Positions 8,694 through 18,064 of a stretch of 64,000 bases of DNA are shown here, in pieces. A program made the translations under genes and the position numbers. Source of the stretch: Oscillospiraceae bacterium (GTDB lineage Bacteria > Bacillota > Clostridia > Oscillospirales > CAG-382). How positions within the stretch are numbered: position 1 is the first letter of the stretch; each line of letters starts with the position of its first letter. The stretch spans positions 1,146 through 65,145 of the forward strand of contig SVRI01000012.1 in the NCBI GenBank assembly GCA_015064895.1. Direction: 5' to 3'. The notes under the pieces were generated by a model. That model made no database searches. It was not told where the DNA came from and was given only the letters and a program-made list of their open reading frames with translations.

Positions 8694-8707
8694 AAAGCGT
8701 GAAACAT

Positions 8708-10507
8708 ATGCCATTTGATGCAGGCGTAATGGCGGCGGTAGTAAAACAACTGAAAGACACCGTCATCGGCGCAAGAGTAGATAAAATATACCAGCCCGAA
8801 AGGGATGAAATAATACTGTCGGTAAGATGTGCAGGGGAAAGTAAAAAACTCCTGCTTTCTGCCTGTGCGGGAAATTCACGTGTCGGTTTTTGCAAAGCAG
8901 AGCGTGAAAATCCCATGCAGCCGCCCATGTTCTGTATGCTTCTTCGTAAGCATCTGTCGGGTGCACATATACTCGACGTACAGCAAATCGGTTTTGACAG
9001 AGCAGTTGAAATAAAGCTGACAAGTGCCGACGAAATGGGATATTCTTCGGTTAAATATCTCGTCTGCGAAATCATGGGCACATACAGTAATGTTATTTTC
9101 CTCGATGAAAACAGAAGAATACTCGGCGTGCTTCATCCCATTTCCCTTTCGACTACAAATAAACGTCAGGTGCTTGTTGGCTTTGAATATGAAAACCCTC
9201 CAAAGCAGGAGGGCAAAACAGACGCTCTTGATGTAGATAAGGAAACCTTCCTTGCCAAAACTAAAAATGACGTATCAAACGGTTTTACGGGTGCTGCAGA
9301 TAAGTACCTTATTTCCAATTACGCCGGTCTTTCGCCACTTGCCGCAAGAGAAATCGTCTACAGAGCTACAAAGGCTACAAATACGCCCCTTTGCGATTGT
9401 GATGCAGATAAGATGTGGTTCTATTTTGATTCCATCTACGGCGGAGTAAGAAAAGGCGAATTTAACCCCTGCCTTGTTACAGATATAAAGGGTAAGGTCA
9501 TTGACTTTTCCTTCTGCGAGATACGCCAGTACGGCGGGAGCGGTGTTGTGACAGGATTTGATGATATCAGTGAGCTTCTTGATGCTTTCTACTTTGAAAG
9601 GGATAAACAGGAGAGGGTAAAGCACAGAGGTCAGGATATACTGCGGCTTCTCACAAATGCTTCAACACGTATTACCAAGAAAACAGCACTTCAGCGTGAG
9701 AGTCTTGCCGAGAGCGCACAAAAAGAAGAATTTAAACGCTTCGGCGATATAATAACTGCAAATATTTATCTGCTAAAAAAAGGACAGACAAGTGCAGACC
9801 TTGTGGATTACTACGATGAAAATACACCAACCGTCACCGTAAAACTCGATGAAAGAATGACCCCTGCCCAGAATGCACAGTACTATTATAAAAAGTATAA
9901 TAAGGCAAAGTCGGCAGAAGTTATGCTCACAAAGCAGATAGCTGAATCCGAAGCGGAACTCAGATATATTGACACGGTTTTTGATTCCCTCACTAAAGCC
10001 GATACAGAATCAGACCTTGCACAGATTCGTACAGAGCTGTCAGCATCAGGCTACGGCAAAACTCTTGACAATCTGAGACGCAGTATGACAAGGACAAAGA
10101 AGGAGTATAAAAACGCACTTAAGAAGGACTATAAGCCAATGCGTTTTATGACGTCGGGCGGATATGAAGTCCTTTGCGGTAAAAATAACCTTCAGAATGA
10201 CTATATAACATGCGAGGTTGCCTCCAAAGACGACTACTGGTTCCATATAAAGAACGCACCCGGATCTCATGTGATTCTCAGATGCGGTAAAGATGAACCG
10301 CCTGCAGAGGATTTCACAGAGGCAGCGATGATTGCGGCATACTACAGCTCGCAAAAGGAACTTCCGCAGGCACCCGTTGACTATACAAGGGTAAGAAATG
10401 TAAAGAAACCCTCAGGCTCAAAACCGGGATTTGTAATTTATGAAACAAACTATACCTGCTATGTTACGGCGGATGCCGAAAAAGTGGAAAAGATGAAGTT
10501 GCAGTAA
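8708..10507 (+). CDS. rqcH: NFACT-family ribosome quality control protein RqcH (FbpA-like)
   Basis: MPFDAGVMAAVVKQLKDTVIGARVDKIYQPERDEIILSVR N-terminus, central coiled coil and C-terminal DUF814-like WFHIKNAPGSHVIL. The ATG at 8708 is the chosen start. The ORF-track start at 8645 lies in repeat unit 2. Confidence 0.85.
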   Translation: MPFDAGVMAAVVKQLKDTVIGARVDKIYQPERDEIILSVRCAGESKKLLLSACAGNSRVGFCKAERENPMQPPMFCMLLRKHLSGAHILDVQQIGFDRAVEIKLTSADEMGYSSVKYLVCEIMGTYSNVIFLDENRRILGVLHPISLSTTNKRQVLVGFEYENPPKQEGKTDALDVDKETFLAKTKNDVSNGFTGAADKYLISNYAGLSPLAAREIVYRATKATNTPLCDCDADKMWFYFDSIYGGVRKGEFNPCLVTDIKGKVIDFSFCEIRQYGGSGVVTGFDDISELLDAFYFERDKQERVKHRGQDILRLLTNASTRITKKTALQRESLAESAQKEEFKRFGDIITANIYLLKKGQTSADLVDYYDENTPTVTVKLDERMTPAQNAQYYYKKYNKAKSAEVMLTKQIAESEAELRYIDTVFDSLTKADTESDLAQIRTELSASGYGKTLDNLRRSMTRTKKEYKNALKKDYKPMRFMTSGGYEVLCGKNNLQNDYITCEVASKDDYWFHIKNAPGSHVILRCGKDEPPAEDFTEAAMIAAYYSSQKELPQAPVDYTRVRNVKKPSGSKPGFVIYETNYTCYVTADAEKVEKMKLQ

Positions 10508-10517
10508 GGAGAAACAG

Positions 10518-11648
10518 ATGAAAAAAACAATAAACGTCGCAGTTGTCGGCAAAGGTGCAATGGGAAGAACGCACTCTGCTTCCATTGCAATGCTCAAATA
10601 CAGCTTTAAAGATCTGCCTTTCGAGGTAAAACTGCATACACTTGTAACAAGAAATAAGGAAACCGCAAGAGCCGACGCAGATGCTCTCGGCTTTGAAAAC
10701 TATGCCCTCAGTTTTGAGGAAATGCTAAAAAATCCCGAAATTGATGTGGTTGATATCTGTACACCCAACAATCTCCACCTTGATGAAATAAGAAAGGCGG
10801 TTGAAGCGGGCAAGCACATCCTTTGCGAAAAGCCCCTCGGTATCAGTAAAGCTGAGGCAGACGAAATAATGTCGCTCATCGACGGCAAGGATAAGTGCTA
10901 CGGTATGGTTTTCAACAACAGACACCTTTCTTGTATTATGCGTGCAAAACAGATTGTTGAAGAAGGAAAACTCGGAAGAATCCTGTCTTTCAGATGTGCC
11001 TACCGTCATTCTTCCGGTACTGACCCCGAAAAAAATGCCGGTTGGAAGCAGAATAAGGATATATGCGGAGCAGGCGTTCTCTTTGACCTCGGTTCCCATG
11101 TCATCGACCTTCTTTCCTGCGTTCTCGGAGATAAGGAAGAAAACAGAATAAGAGAAGTCAAGGCTGTACCCCAGATAGGCTTTGAAACACGAAAGGGTGC
11201 TGACGGCAAGGAGTGGAAAACCAACGCAGAAGAAGCAATCTATGTAATTGCAACCTTGAATTGCGGTGCTGTCGGAACACTTGAAGCTACAAAAATCTGT
11301 GTCGGTGCAAATGATGACTTTACCCTTGAAATTTTCGGTACGGACGGCTCTTTGAAGTTTGACCTCATGCAGCCAAACTATCTTGAATTTTACGACAACA
11401 AGGCTGTTGGTGCACCCATCGGCGGATACAAGGGTTATACAAGAATCGAATGTGTCAACAGACTCAATGACATAATTCCCGACAGCGTACTTCCGGGTAT
11501 GCGTGCACCTATCGGCTGGCTCCAGGGACATGTCAACAGCATGAGAAATTATTTTATGTGCGTGTATGAGGGTAAAACACCCTCACCCTCTTTTGCAGAC
11601 GGTGCGTATGTGAATGAAGTTATGGAAAAGTGCCTTGAAAGTACATAA
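10518..11648 (+). CDS. Gfo/Idh/MocA family NAD(P)-dependent oxidoreductase
   Basis: Rossmann N-terminus VAVVGKGAMGRTH, and the CEKPLG motif. Confidence 0.85.
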   Translation: MKKTINVAVVGKGAMGRTHSASIAMLKYSFKDLPFEVKLHTLVTRNKETARADADALGFENYALSFEEMLKNPEIDVVDICTPNNLHLDEIRKAVEAGKHILCEKPLGISKAEADEIMSLIDGKDKCYGMVFNNRHLSCIMRAKQIVEEGKLGRILSFRCAYRHSSGTDPEKNAGWKQNKDICGAGVLFDLGSHVIDLLSCVLGDKEENRIREVKAVPQIGFETRKGADGKEWKTNAEEAIYVIATLNCGAVGTLEATKICVGANDDFTLEIFGTDGSLKFDLMQPNYLEFYDNKAVGAPIGGYKGYTRIECVNRLNDIIPDSVLPGMRAPIGWLQGHVNSMRNYFMCVYEGKTPSPSFADGAYVNEVMEKCLEST

Positions 11649-11661
11649 AAGGAGAAATATA

Positions 11662-11832
11662 ATGGAAAGAATATTTTTTGTAAAGAACGGCGAGCTTAAA
11701 GAAGTGAATAATTGGCTTCAAAAGGGCGGCAGGGTAAAACATATTCATGCTGTGCCGGAAAATGTTTCTTGTGGTACCGGCGGTTACAACGAAGGTGACA
11801 TATATGCCTATGTCGTTGTAGAATTTGATTAA
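11662..11832 (+). CDS. small hypothetical protein (56 aa)
   Basis: The ATG at 11662 follows AAAGGAGA and lies 14 nt after the oxidoreductase stop. No recognisable motif. Confidence 0.45.
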   Translation: MERIFFVKNGELKEVNNWLQKGGRVKHIHAVPENVSCGTGGYNEGDIYAYVVVEFD

Positions 11833-11851
11833 ACTCCAAAAGATTGCCCCA

Positions 11852-11937
11852 AAGCCTCCCTTGCCTAAAGGGAGGGGGACCACCGTAGGTGGTGGAGGGA
11901 TTTCGAAAGCTGTCACCGTAAGGTGACTGAGGAGGTT
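11852..11937 (+). repeat. hairpin repeat module, copy 4 (forward, with duplicated variable-hairpin arm)
   Basis: aagCCTCCCTTgcctaAAGGGAGG + CCACCgtaGGTGG + tGGAGGGATTT + GTCACCgtaaGGTGAC + tGAGGAGGTT. Confidence 0.85.
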
Positions 11938-11997
11938 AAAACGGTAAGAGTTAAAAGTGTTTTTTAACCTCATCCGTCAAAATCAAAGATTTTGCCA

Positions 11998-12028
11998 CCT
12001 TCCCCGTTCGTTGGGGAAGGCTTTTTTT
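11998..12028 (+). terminator. intrinsic terminator
   Basis: CCTTCCCCgttcgttGGGGAAGG followed by CTTTTTTT. Confidence 0.7.
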
Positions 12029-12068
12029 ACCGATTACATCTGCAAAACCACCGCTCACACAAAAAACA

Positions 12069-12097
12069 TTGAAACGAGCTTTTTTACATGCTATCAT
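12069..12097 (+). promoter_or_regulatory. sigma-A type promoter for the LytTR/DUF3021 pair
   Basis: TTGAAA, 17-nt spacer ending in TGc (extended -10), then TATCAT. It is 22 nt upstream of the ATG at 12120. Confidence 0.5.
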
Positions 12098-12119
12098 ATC
12101 TGCGAAAGGAGGAAACGCC

Positions 12120-12551
12120 ATGAAGATTAAAATCGTAATTGACAAAGACAGAGACGAAGAAGTTTTAATTATCGCCAAAGAAAGAACAGAGCTTGTGGAC
12201 AAAATAGAAAGACTTGTAAAAGGCGACGAAAGTATTGTGGCAAAACGCGACAGAGTGTCCTATAATATCGAGCTTTCGGAGGTTGTCTGCTTTACTTCGG
12301 ACGATAATAAAGTCTTTGTCCATGCAGGAAAGGATATTTTAGAGGTGGATGAAAAACTCTATGAGCTTGAAGTGTCGCTTCCCGACAATTTTATTAAAAT
12401 CAACAAGTCCTGCATTGCCAATATTGAAAAAATCAAATCCTTTGATGCAACCATTTCGGGAACACTTGCCGTAAGCTTCAAAAACGGCTACCGTGATTAT
12501 GTATCAAGACGCAGATTGAAGTATGTGAAAGAGAGGTTAATGAAAAAATGA
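12120..12551 (+). CDS. LytTR-domain DNA-binding protein
   Basis: The C-terminal half matches the LytTR pattern (ELSEVVCFTSDDNKVFVHAGKD..., FIKINKSCIANIEKIKSF). RBS AAAGGAGG. Confidence 0.8.
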   Translation: MKIKIVIDKDRDEEVLIIAKERTELVDKIERLVKGDESIVAKRDRVSYNIELSEVVCFTSDDNKVFVHAGKDILEVDEKLYELEVSLPDNFIKINKSCIANIEKIKSFDATISGTLAVSFKNGYRDYVSRRRLKYVKERLMKK

Positions 12552-12952
12552 AAAAGTATGTAAAGGAATTCTTCCATATCGGAGCAATGTTTGCAGGCTT
12601 CGGGCCGATAATCTACGCCGTAATTGCACTCACGACACCTGCGGCTATGTCAGACGGAAAAACAGTGTTTATTGCAATAATATCAACTTATCTTCTTGCT
12701 TTTTTACAGGCAGGCTCGTCGGTGTTCAACAGAATAGAAGGATGGTCTTTGCCAAAAGGATTGTTTTTCCATCTTACGACGCTTTATGCTGCATATATTA
12801 CCTGCTATCTTGTAAATTCATGGCTGCCATTTGAGGCTCTGGTTATTGTGAAATTCACAATAGCATTTGTGGTTTTGTATTTGGCTGTATGGGGAATTGT
12901 ATATGCTTTGGTAAAACATGAAAGCAAGAAGTTAAACAAAAACTTGAAGTAA
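12548..12952 (+). CDS. DUF3021-like small membrane protein
   Basis: 134 aa with four hydrophobic helices. Its start overlaps the LytTR gene stop by 4 nt. This is the usual LytTR-DUF3021 pairing. Confidence 0.65.
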   Translation: MKKYVKEFFHIGAMFAGFGPIIYAVIALTTPAAMSDGKTVFIAIISTYLLAFLQAGSSVFNRIEGWSLPKGLFFHLTTLYAAYITCYLVNSWLPFEALVIVKFTIAFVVLYLAVWGIVYALVKHESKKLNKNLK

Positions 12953-12993
12953 ATAATAAACTGTGCTATACTTGTTCCAAAGGGGATGAGCAT

Positions 12994-13740
12994 ATGATAA
13001 AACACAATATGGGACTTGTGTCGGTTTCATTCAGACAGTGTACACCTTTGGAAATACTGCAAGCAATGAAGAAAACAAGCCTTTCCCGTATCGAATGGGG
13101 AAGTGATATACATGCACCCTGCAAAGACATCGGAAGATTACAAGAGCTTTGTGAACTTCAGAATGAATACGGTATAGACTGCTGTTCATACGGCACCTAT
13201 TTCCGATTGGGAACTGACGCTTTAAATGAGCTTGCGGATTATGCCAATGCCGCAAAAATTCTCGGCACAAACCTACTTCGTATATGGTGCGGAGATAGAG
13301 GTGAGCACCTTTTTTCAAATCAAGAAAAAAAGCACTTTTTTGAAGAGTCAAAAAAGGCGGCAAATATTGCACAAGACTTAGGTGTTATCCTGTGCATGGA
13401 ATGTCATAACAATACATATACCGAAACGCTTGAAGGAACACTTGAGCTTATGAACGAGGTTTGTTCACCGTGCTTTCGTATGTATTGGCAGCCCAACCAG
13501 TTTAAGGATTTTAAAACCAATATGGAATATGCAGAGAGCATTTCGCCGTATGTTGAAAATGTCCATGTTTTCAATTGGGAGGGCAATAATAAATACCCGC
13601 TTTGTGAGGCGGTTGGCGTCTGGAAAGAGTATATTTCCTGTTTTGATAAGCCAAAAAATCTTTTGCTTGAATTTATGCCTGACGGCAGAATAGAATCCCT
13701 TGAAAAAGAAGCAGGGGCACTTTATGATATAATAGCTTAA
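12994..13740 (+). CDS. sugar phosphate isomerase/epimerase (xylose isomerase-like TIM barrel)
   Basis: 248 aa. The pattern IEWGSD..., LLRIWCG..., LCMECHNNTY..., YWQPN is typical of AP-endonuclease-2/xylose-isomerase-like TIM barrels. Confidence 0.7.
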   Translation: MIKHNMGLVSVSFRQCTPLEILQAMKKTSLSRIEWGSDIHAPCKDIGRLQELCELQNEYGIDCCSYGTYFRLGTDALNELADYANAAKILGTNLLRIWCGDRGEHLFSNQEKKHFFEESKKAANIAQDLGVILCMECHNNTYTETLEGTLELMNEVCSPCFRMYWQPNQFKDFKTNMEYAESISPYVENVHVFNWEGNNKYPLCEAVGVWKEYISCFDKPKNLLLEFMPDGRIESLEKEAGALYDIIA

Positions 13741-13766
13741 AAGGAGCCGAAAGGCTCCTTTTTTAT
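13741..13766. terminator. bidirectional terminator between convergent genes
   Basis: AAGGAGCCgaaaGGCTCCTT flanked by A- and T-runs. Confidence 0.7.
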
Positions 13767-14902
13767 ATCGAAATATCCTTGACGTTTTTTAAAAATGTGT
13801 CAACATCCTCGCCTGAGTTTAAATGAGATACCGATACCCTGACAGCACCACGGTCGGACGTACCCAAAGCCTTGTGGCACAGAGGTGCACAATGAAGTCC
13901 CGCTCTTGTGCATATTCCTTTCTGAGACAAAAGCATAGCTGTTTCTTCCGAATGAAGACCTTTTACGTTGAAAACTACTGTTGATACCTTGTTCTGCGTT
14001 TTCCCGTACAGCGTGACGTTTTTCATGTCTGATAAAGCATCTGTTATTCTTCTTTCCAGAAAACTGCATTTTTCGGTGACGGTGCTTTGACCGTACAAAA
14101 CTATGTGCCTTATTCCTTGATTAAGGGCAATTATACCGGGTACTCCGACGGTTCCCGACTCAAGCCTTTCGGGAAGCGGCATGTCCTGAAAAGCATTGAG
14201 TGAAGCAGTGCCGTTACCTCCCTGAATAATGGACTTGGGTTCAATGTTTTTGTCAAATATACAGAACCCCGTACCCATTATGCCGTAAAGAGATTTGTGT
14301 CCTGCAAAGCAAACTGCGGAAAAGTAAAGCGATGACAGGTCTATTGGATAAAGACCGGCAAGCTGTGCCGCATCAAATATGAGAGCTATCCTTTTCTGAC
14401 GGCATATTTCGCCTATCTCTTTGTAGGGCATGATTTTTCCCGTAACATTCGAGCACATGGTTATGACACACATTTTTGTTTGGTCGGAAAGTACTTTAGT
14501 AAAGTTTGAAATAACAATATCATCGTTTTCGAGTGCATCAAAGACCTTGACACGGATATTTTTGTTTTGTCTTTCCATTTCCTTTACGGGGCGGATGACC
14601 GAGTTGTGCTCAAGATTTGATATGACTATTTCACCCTCATTTCCCATAATGCCTTTTATGGCAAGATTGAGAGCATAGGTGGTGTTGTAGGTGAATATTA
14701 CATTCTCGGGGTGACTGAAGTTGAAAAATGAGCATATAGCCTCACGGCAGGAATATACGGCGTTCATGGAATATAGTGAAAACTCATGTCCACTTCTGCC
14801 GGGATTCCCGCATCTTAAAAAGCTTTCGTTTACGGCGTTTATGACATTTTTTGGCTTTGGCCAGCTTGTTGCGGCATTGTCAAGATATATAAGACGGCTC
14901 AT
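13763..14902 (-). CDS. class V aminotransferase / cysteine desulfurase family protein
   Basis: 379 aa. PLP-lysine context AGHKSLYGIMGTG and the C-terminal RAGLHCAP motif. Confidence 0.85.
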   Translation of the reverse strand: MSRLIYLDNAATSWPKPKNVINAVNESFLRCGNPGRSGHEFSLYSMNAVYSCREAICSFFNFSHPENVIFTYNTTYALNLAIKGIMGNEGEIVISNLEHNSVIRPVKEMERQNKNIRVKVFDALENDDIVISNFTKVLSDQTKMCVITMCSNVTGKIMPYKEIGEICRQKRIALIFDAAQLAGLYPIDLSSLYFSAVCFAGHKSLYGIMGTGFCIFDKNIEPKSIIQGGNGTASLNAFQDMPLPERLESGTVGVPGIIALNQGIRHIVLYGQSTVTEKCSFLERRITDALSDMKNVTLYGKTQNKVSTVVFNVKGLHSEETAMLLSQKGICTRAGLHCAPLCHKALGTSDRGAVRVSVSHLNSGEDVDTFLKNVKDISI

Positions 14903-15123
14903 CTTGAATCAAGGATGTCAACTATCCTTATCCCTTCTCCTGTGATAATGCTCACGGCAGAATCAAGTATGGAAGCATCTACTGCAAGAGCATAACCGCA
15001 GCCTCCGAGTGCCTGTATGCTTTTTATTTTTTCAAGCCTTGAATGAAGACCGAATCTTTTTAATAGAGTCATGGAACGAAGTGCATAGGTGACGGACGAA
15101 AAAATCAAGTATTTTGTATTCAT
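14899..15123 (-). CDS. DUF3343-like small protein (putative S/Se carrier-like)
   Basis: 74 aa (MNTKYLIFSSVTYALRSMTLLKRFG...GGCGYAL). The ATG at 15123 follows GGAGG. Its stop overlaps the downstream desulfurase-family start by 4 nt. Confidence 0.65.
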   Translation of the reverse strand: MNTKYLIFSSVTYALRSMTLLKRFGLHSRLEKIKSIQALGGCGYALAVDASILDSAVSIITGEGIRIVDILDSR

Positions 15124-15243
15124 AAGAATACCTCCTTGCTCTTGGAGAAAAAAAGTCTCCTGCCATATAGTATGAATAAGACACGGCATATGTCAGCTTC
15201 ATAACCCTGTACGGCAGGAGATTTAATATATATTTTGCTTGAT

Positions 15244-16773
15244 TTATCTTATGAAATAGTCGCTTACAACTTCTCTTTCGTCAAAATGTGTTTTTACTCC
15301 CTTGACGTCAAGATATGTTTCCTGACCCTTTCCGGCAAGAAGAACTATGTCGCCTTCCCGTGAAAGGTCAATTGCTCTGTAAATGGCGTCACGCCTGTCC
15401 TTTACGATTTCGTACTTTCCGTCTGTTTTTCCGATACCTATAAGAATGTCGGCAATTATGTCGTCAAGCTCTTCAAAACGTGAGTTGTCGGCAGTAATTA
15501 TCGAAAGATCGGCGTATTTTCCGCTTATTTCTCCCATTTCGTATCGTCTGAGCTTGGAACGGTTGCCTCCGCATCCGAATACACATATGATTCGTTTTGG
15601 ATTGTATGCTTTTACCGCACTAAACAAGCTTTCCATACTCATTGCATTGTGTGCATAGTCGATGATAACAGGTGCTTTCAAACCGGGATGTTCGACAGGC
15701 TCAATTCTGCCGATTACCTTAACATTATTCAACGCTTTTTTTATGTGGTCAAAGCCTACTCCGAGAGTAAGAGCCACACTTGCGGCACACAGTGCATTGA
15801 ATACCGAGAATTTTCCCGGAACACTTACTTCAACCGATTCCTTTACATCATCCGATATAACGTCAAAATGTGTTTTCATACCGCCGTCAATGTAAAAGCT
15901 TTCATTTTCGGCTCTGTATGTTGCATTCTCCGTTTCGCATCCGTATGTTGTTACGGGAACATCGTATTCCTTGCAGACATCGAGTACATACTGTGCTTTG
16001 TCGCTGTCCGCATTGATTACTGCCTTTTTGCACATTGTAAAGAGCTTTGATTTGCAGTAGAGGTAATCGTCAAAGTCGGAGTGTTCACCTTCACCTATGT
16101 GGTCGGGAGAAATGTTTGTAAAGACTCCCACTTCAAATTCAATGCCGTATACTCTGTACATCATAAGTGCCTGGGAGGATACTTCCATAACAATATGGGT
16201 AGCACCAAGAGACAGCATTTTTGCAAAAAGTGCGTGAAGATCGCGGCTTTCGGGTGTGGAATGACTCATTTCTTCAAAATAATCTTCAAAGTATGCACCT
16301 GTTGTACCTATAATGCCGCAACGCATACCTGCCTCATTGAGAATTTTTGAAATCATAAATGAGGTGCTTGTTTTTCCTTTTGTTCCCGTGATACCGATTA
16401 TGCTCAGTTTTTCGCAGGCACAGTCATAAAAGTGCTTTGAAACAATGGCAAGCGCACGTCTTGCGTTTTTCACAAGGAAGAAGGATACGTTTTTATACTG
16501 TTCCTTATACTGTCTGTACATTTCTGCGTTTTCACATATTACGGCAAGTGCACCGTTTTCGACGGCTTTGGGTATATAAAGATGCCCGTCTGTGACAACG
16601 CCTGTTATTGCAACGAAAATATATCCGTCTTTCACTTCTCTTGAGTCAAAGGCAACGCCTGTTACATCGCCGAATATTCCATCGCATGACATGGTTGTGA
16701 GATTTGCACCGTCACGAAGCTGTTTTTCGGCAAATTCTTCGGTAAGTATTTCGCATAAGTTTTTGAGTTTCAT
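15244..16773 (-). CDS. murE: UDP-N-acetylmuramoyl-L-alanyl-D-glutamate--2,6-diaminopimelate ligase
   Basis: GITGTKGKTSTSF P-loop, DYAHN and GCGGNRS motifs. The ATG at 16773 lies 5 nt after GGAGG. Confidence 0.9.
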   Translation of the reverse strand: MKLKNLCEILTEEFAEKQLRDGANLTTMSCDGIFGDVTGVAFDSREVKDGYIFVAITGVVTDGHLYIPKAVENGALAVICENAEMYRQYKEQYKNVSFFLVKNARRALAIVSKHFYDCACEKLSIIGITGTKGKTSTSFMISKILNEAGMRCGIIGTTGAYFEDYFEEMSHSTPESRDLHALFAKMLSLGATHIVMEVSSQALMMYRVYGIEFEVGVFTNISPDHIGEGEHSDFDDYLYCKSKLFTMCKKAVINADSDKAQYVLDVCKEYDVPVTTYGCETENATYRAENESFYIDGGMKTHFDVISDDVKESVEVSVPGKFSVFNALCAASVALTLGVGFDHIKKALNNVKVIGRIEPVEHPGLKAPVIIDYAHNAMSMESLFSAVKAYNPKRIICVFGCGGNRSKLRRYEMGEISGKYADLSIITADNSRFEELDDIIADILIGIGKTDGKYEIVKDRRDAIYRAIDLSREGDIVLLAGKGQETYLDVKGVKTHFDEREVVSDYFIR

Positions 16774-16788
16774 GTTATCCTCCAAATG

Positions 16789-17937
16789 TCAGACAGTATG
16801 AATAAGTGTATTGTTGCCCTCGTCAATTGCTTTGATAAGGGTATCGATTTCATCTTTTGTGTTGTATTTTGAAAAGCTTATTCTGAGTGTTGAATCGGCT
16901 CTTTTGTTGTCAAGACCGAAGTTTGATAAAACCCTGTTGTCGGCATTTTTCGATGAACATGCAGAGCCTGACGAAACATAAATGCCTTTTTCGGAAAGAA
17001 ATCTTAAAAGTATTTCACTTCTTATTCCCGGAACCGAAATGCTGAGTATGTGAGGGGCAAAGTTTTCTTTTGAATTTATAAGAACATAAGGACAGTTCTT
17101 TTCAAAGCTTTCTCTTGCGTGTGAGCAAAGTTCCTTTAATAATTCGAGCCTTACGGACTTTTCTTTCATGTATTCCTCTGCTGCCATCCCGAAAGCTGCA
17201 ATTCCGGGCAGGTTTTCGGTTCCCGAACGAAGATTGCCTTCCTGACCTCCACCAATTATTCTTGCGGGTACTCGTATGCCCTTTTTTATAAAGAGTCCGC
17301 CGATACCCTTGGGTGCATGGATCTTGTGACCGCTTATTGATATCAAATCCGCACCGAGACATGACAGGGAGTAGGGGAGCTTGCAAAAGCCCTGTACGGC
17401 ATCTGTATGAAGATATGCATCGGGAGCATTTCTTTTTCTTATGGCATCAAGTGCCTTTATGTCATAGATTGCACCCGTTTCGTTATTTACGAGCATACAG
17501 GAGATAAGCATGGTTCTACTGTCAATTGCCTTTTCGGCAAAGTCAAGACCGAGCACTCCGCCTTTGGTGGGTATGCGTCTTATCTCAACACCCTTTTTCT
17601 CAAGCTCTTTTGCACACATTTCAACACTTGGATGTTCGGAATCGGATATTACAATGTTGTTTTTTCTTTTGCCGAACACCTCGTATGTGCCGAAAAAGAC
17701 GGTGTTGTTTGACTCTGTACCGCAGGAAGTGAATAACAAAGTCCCGTCTTTGGGTGTAAATCCCATGGCAGACATGACAGAGCTTCTTGCCTTTTTCAGT
17801 ATATGCTCGCTCTCAAGTCCTTTTGCATGGGCAGATGACGGATTTCCGTAAAAGGATGTCATTACATCAAAAGCCGCCTTTGCCGCAGAGTCGCTTACTC
17901 TTGTTGTTGCCGCATTGTCAAAATATATTTCGCTCAT
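16789..17937 (-). CDS. NifS/IscS-type cysteine desulfurase
   Basis: SGHKIHAPKGIGGLF (PLP lysine) and SSGSACSS (active-site Cys loop). Confidence 0.9.
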   Translation of the reverse strand: MSEIYFDNAATTRVSDSAAKAAFDVMTSFYGNPSSAHAKGLESEHILKKARSSVMSAMGFTPKDGTLLFTSCGTESNNTVFFGTYEVFGKRKNNIVISDSEHPSVEMCAKELEKKGVEIRRIPTKGGVLGLDFAEKAIDSRTMLISCMLVNNETGAIYDIKALDAIRKRNAPDAYLHTDAVQGFCKLPYSLSCLGADLISISGHKIHAPKGIGGLFIKKGIRVPARIIGGGQEGNLRSGTENLPGIAAFGMAAEEYMKEKSVRLELLKELCSHARESFEKNCPYVLINSKENFAPHILSISVPGIRSEILLRFLSEKGIYVSSGSACSSKNADNRVLSNFGLDNKRADSTLRISFSKYNTKDEIDTLIKAIDEGNNTLIHTV

Positions 17938-18064
17938 AAATCACATTTCCTTATGATAGTATCTTTTATCATTTTACAGCAAATCAAGAAAAAAAGCAAT
18001 AGATTAAACAAAACAAAAAAGACGCAAAGGATTTTTACCTTTGCGCCTTTGATTAAGTACTGTA

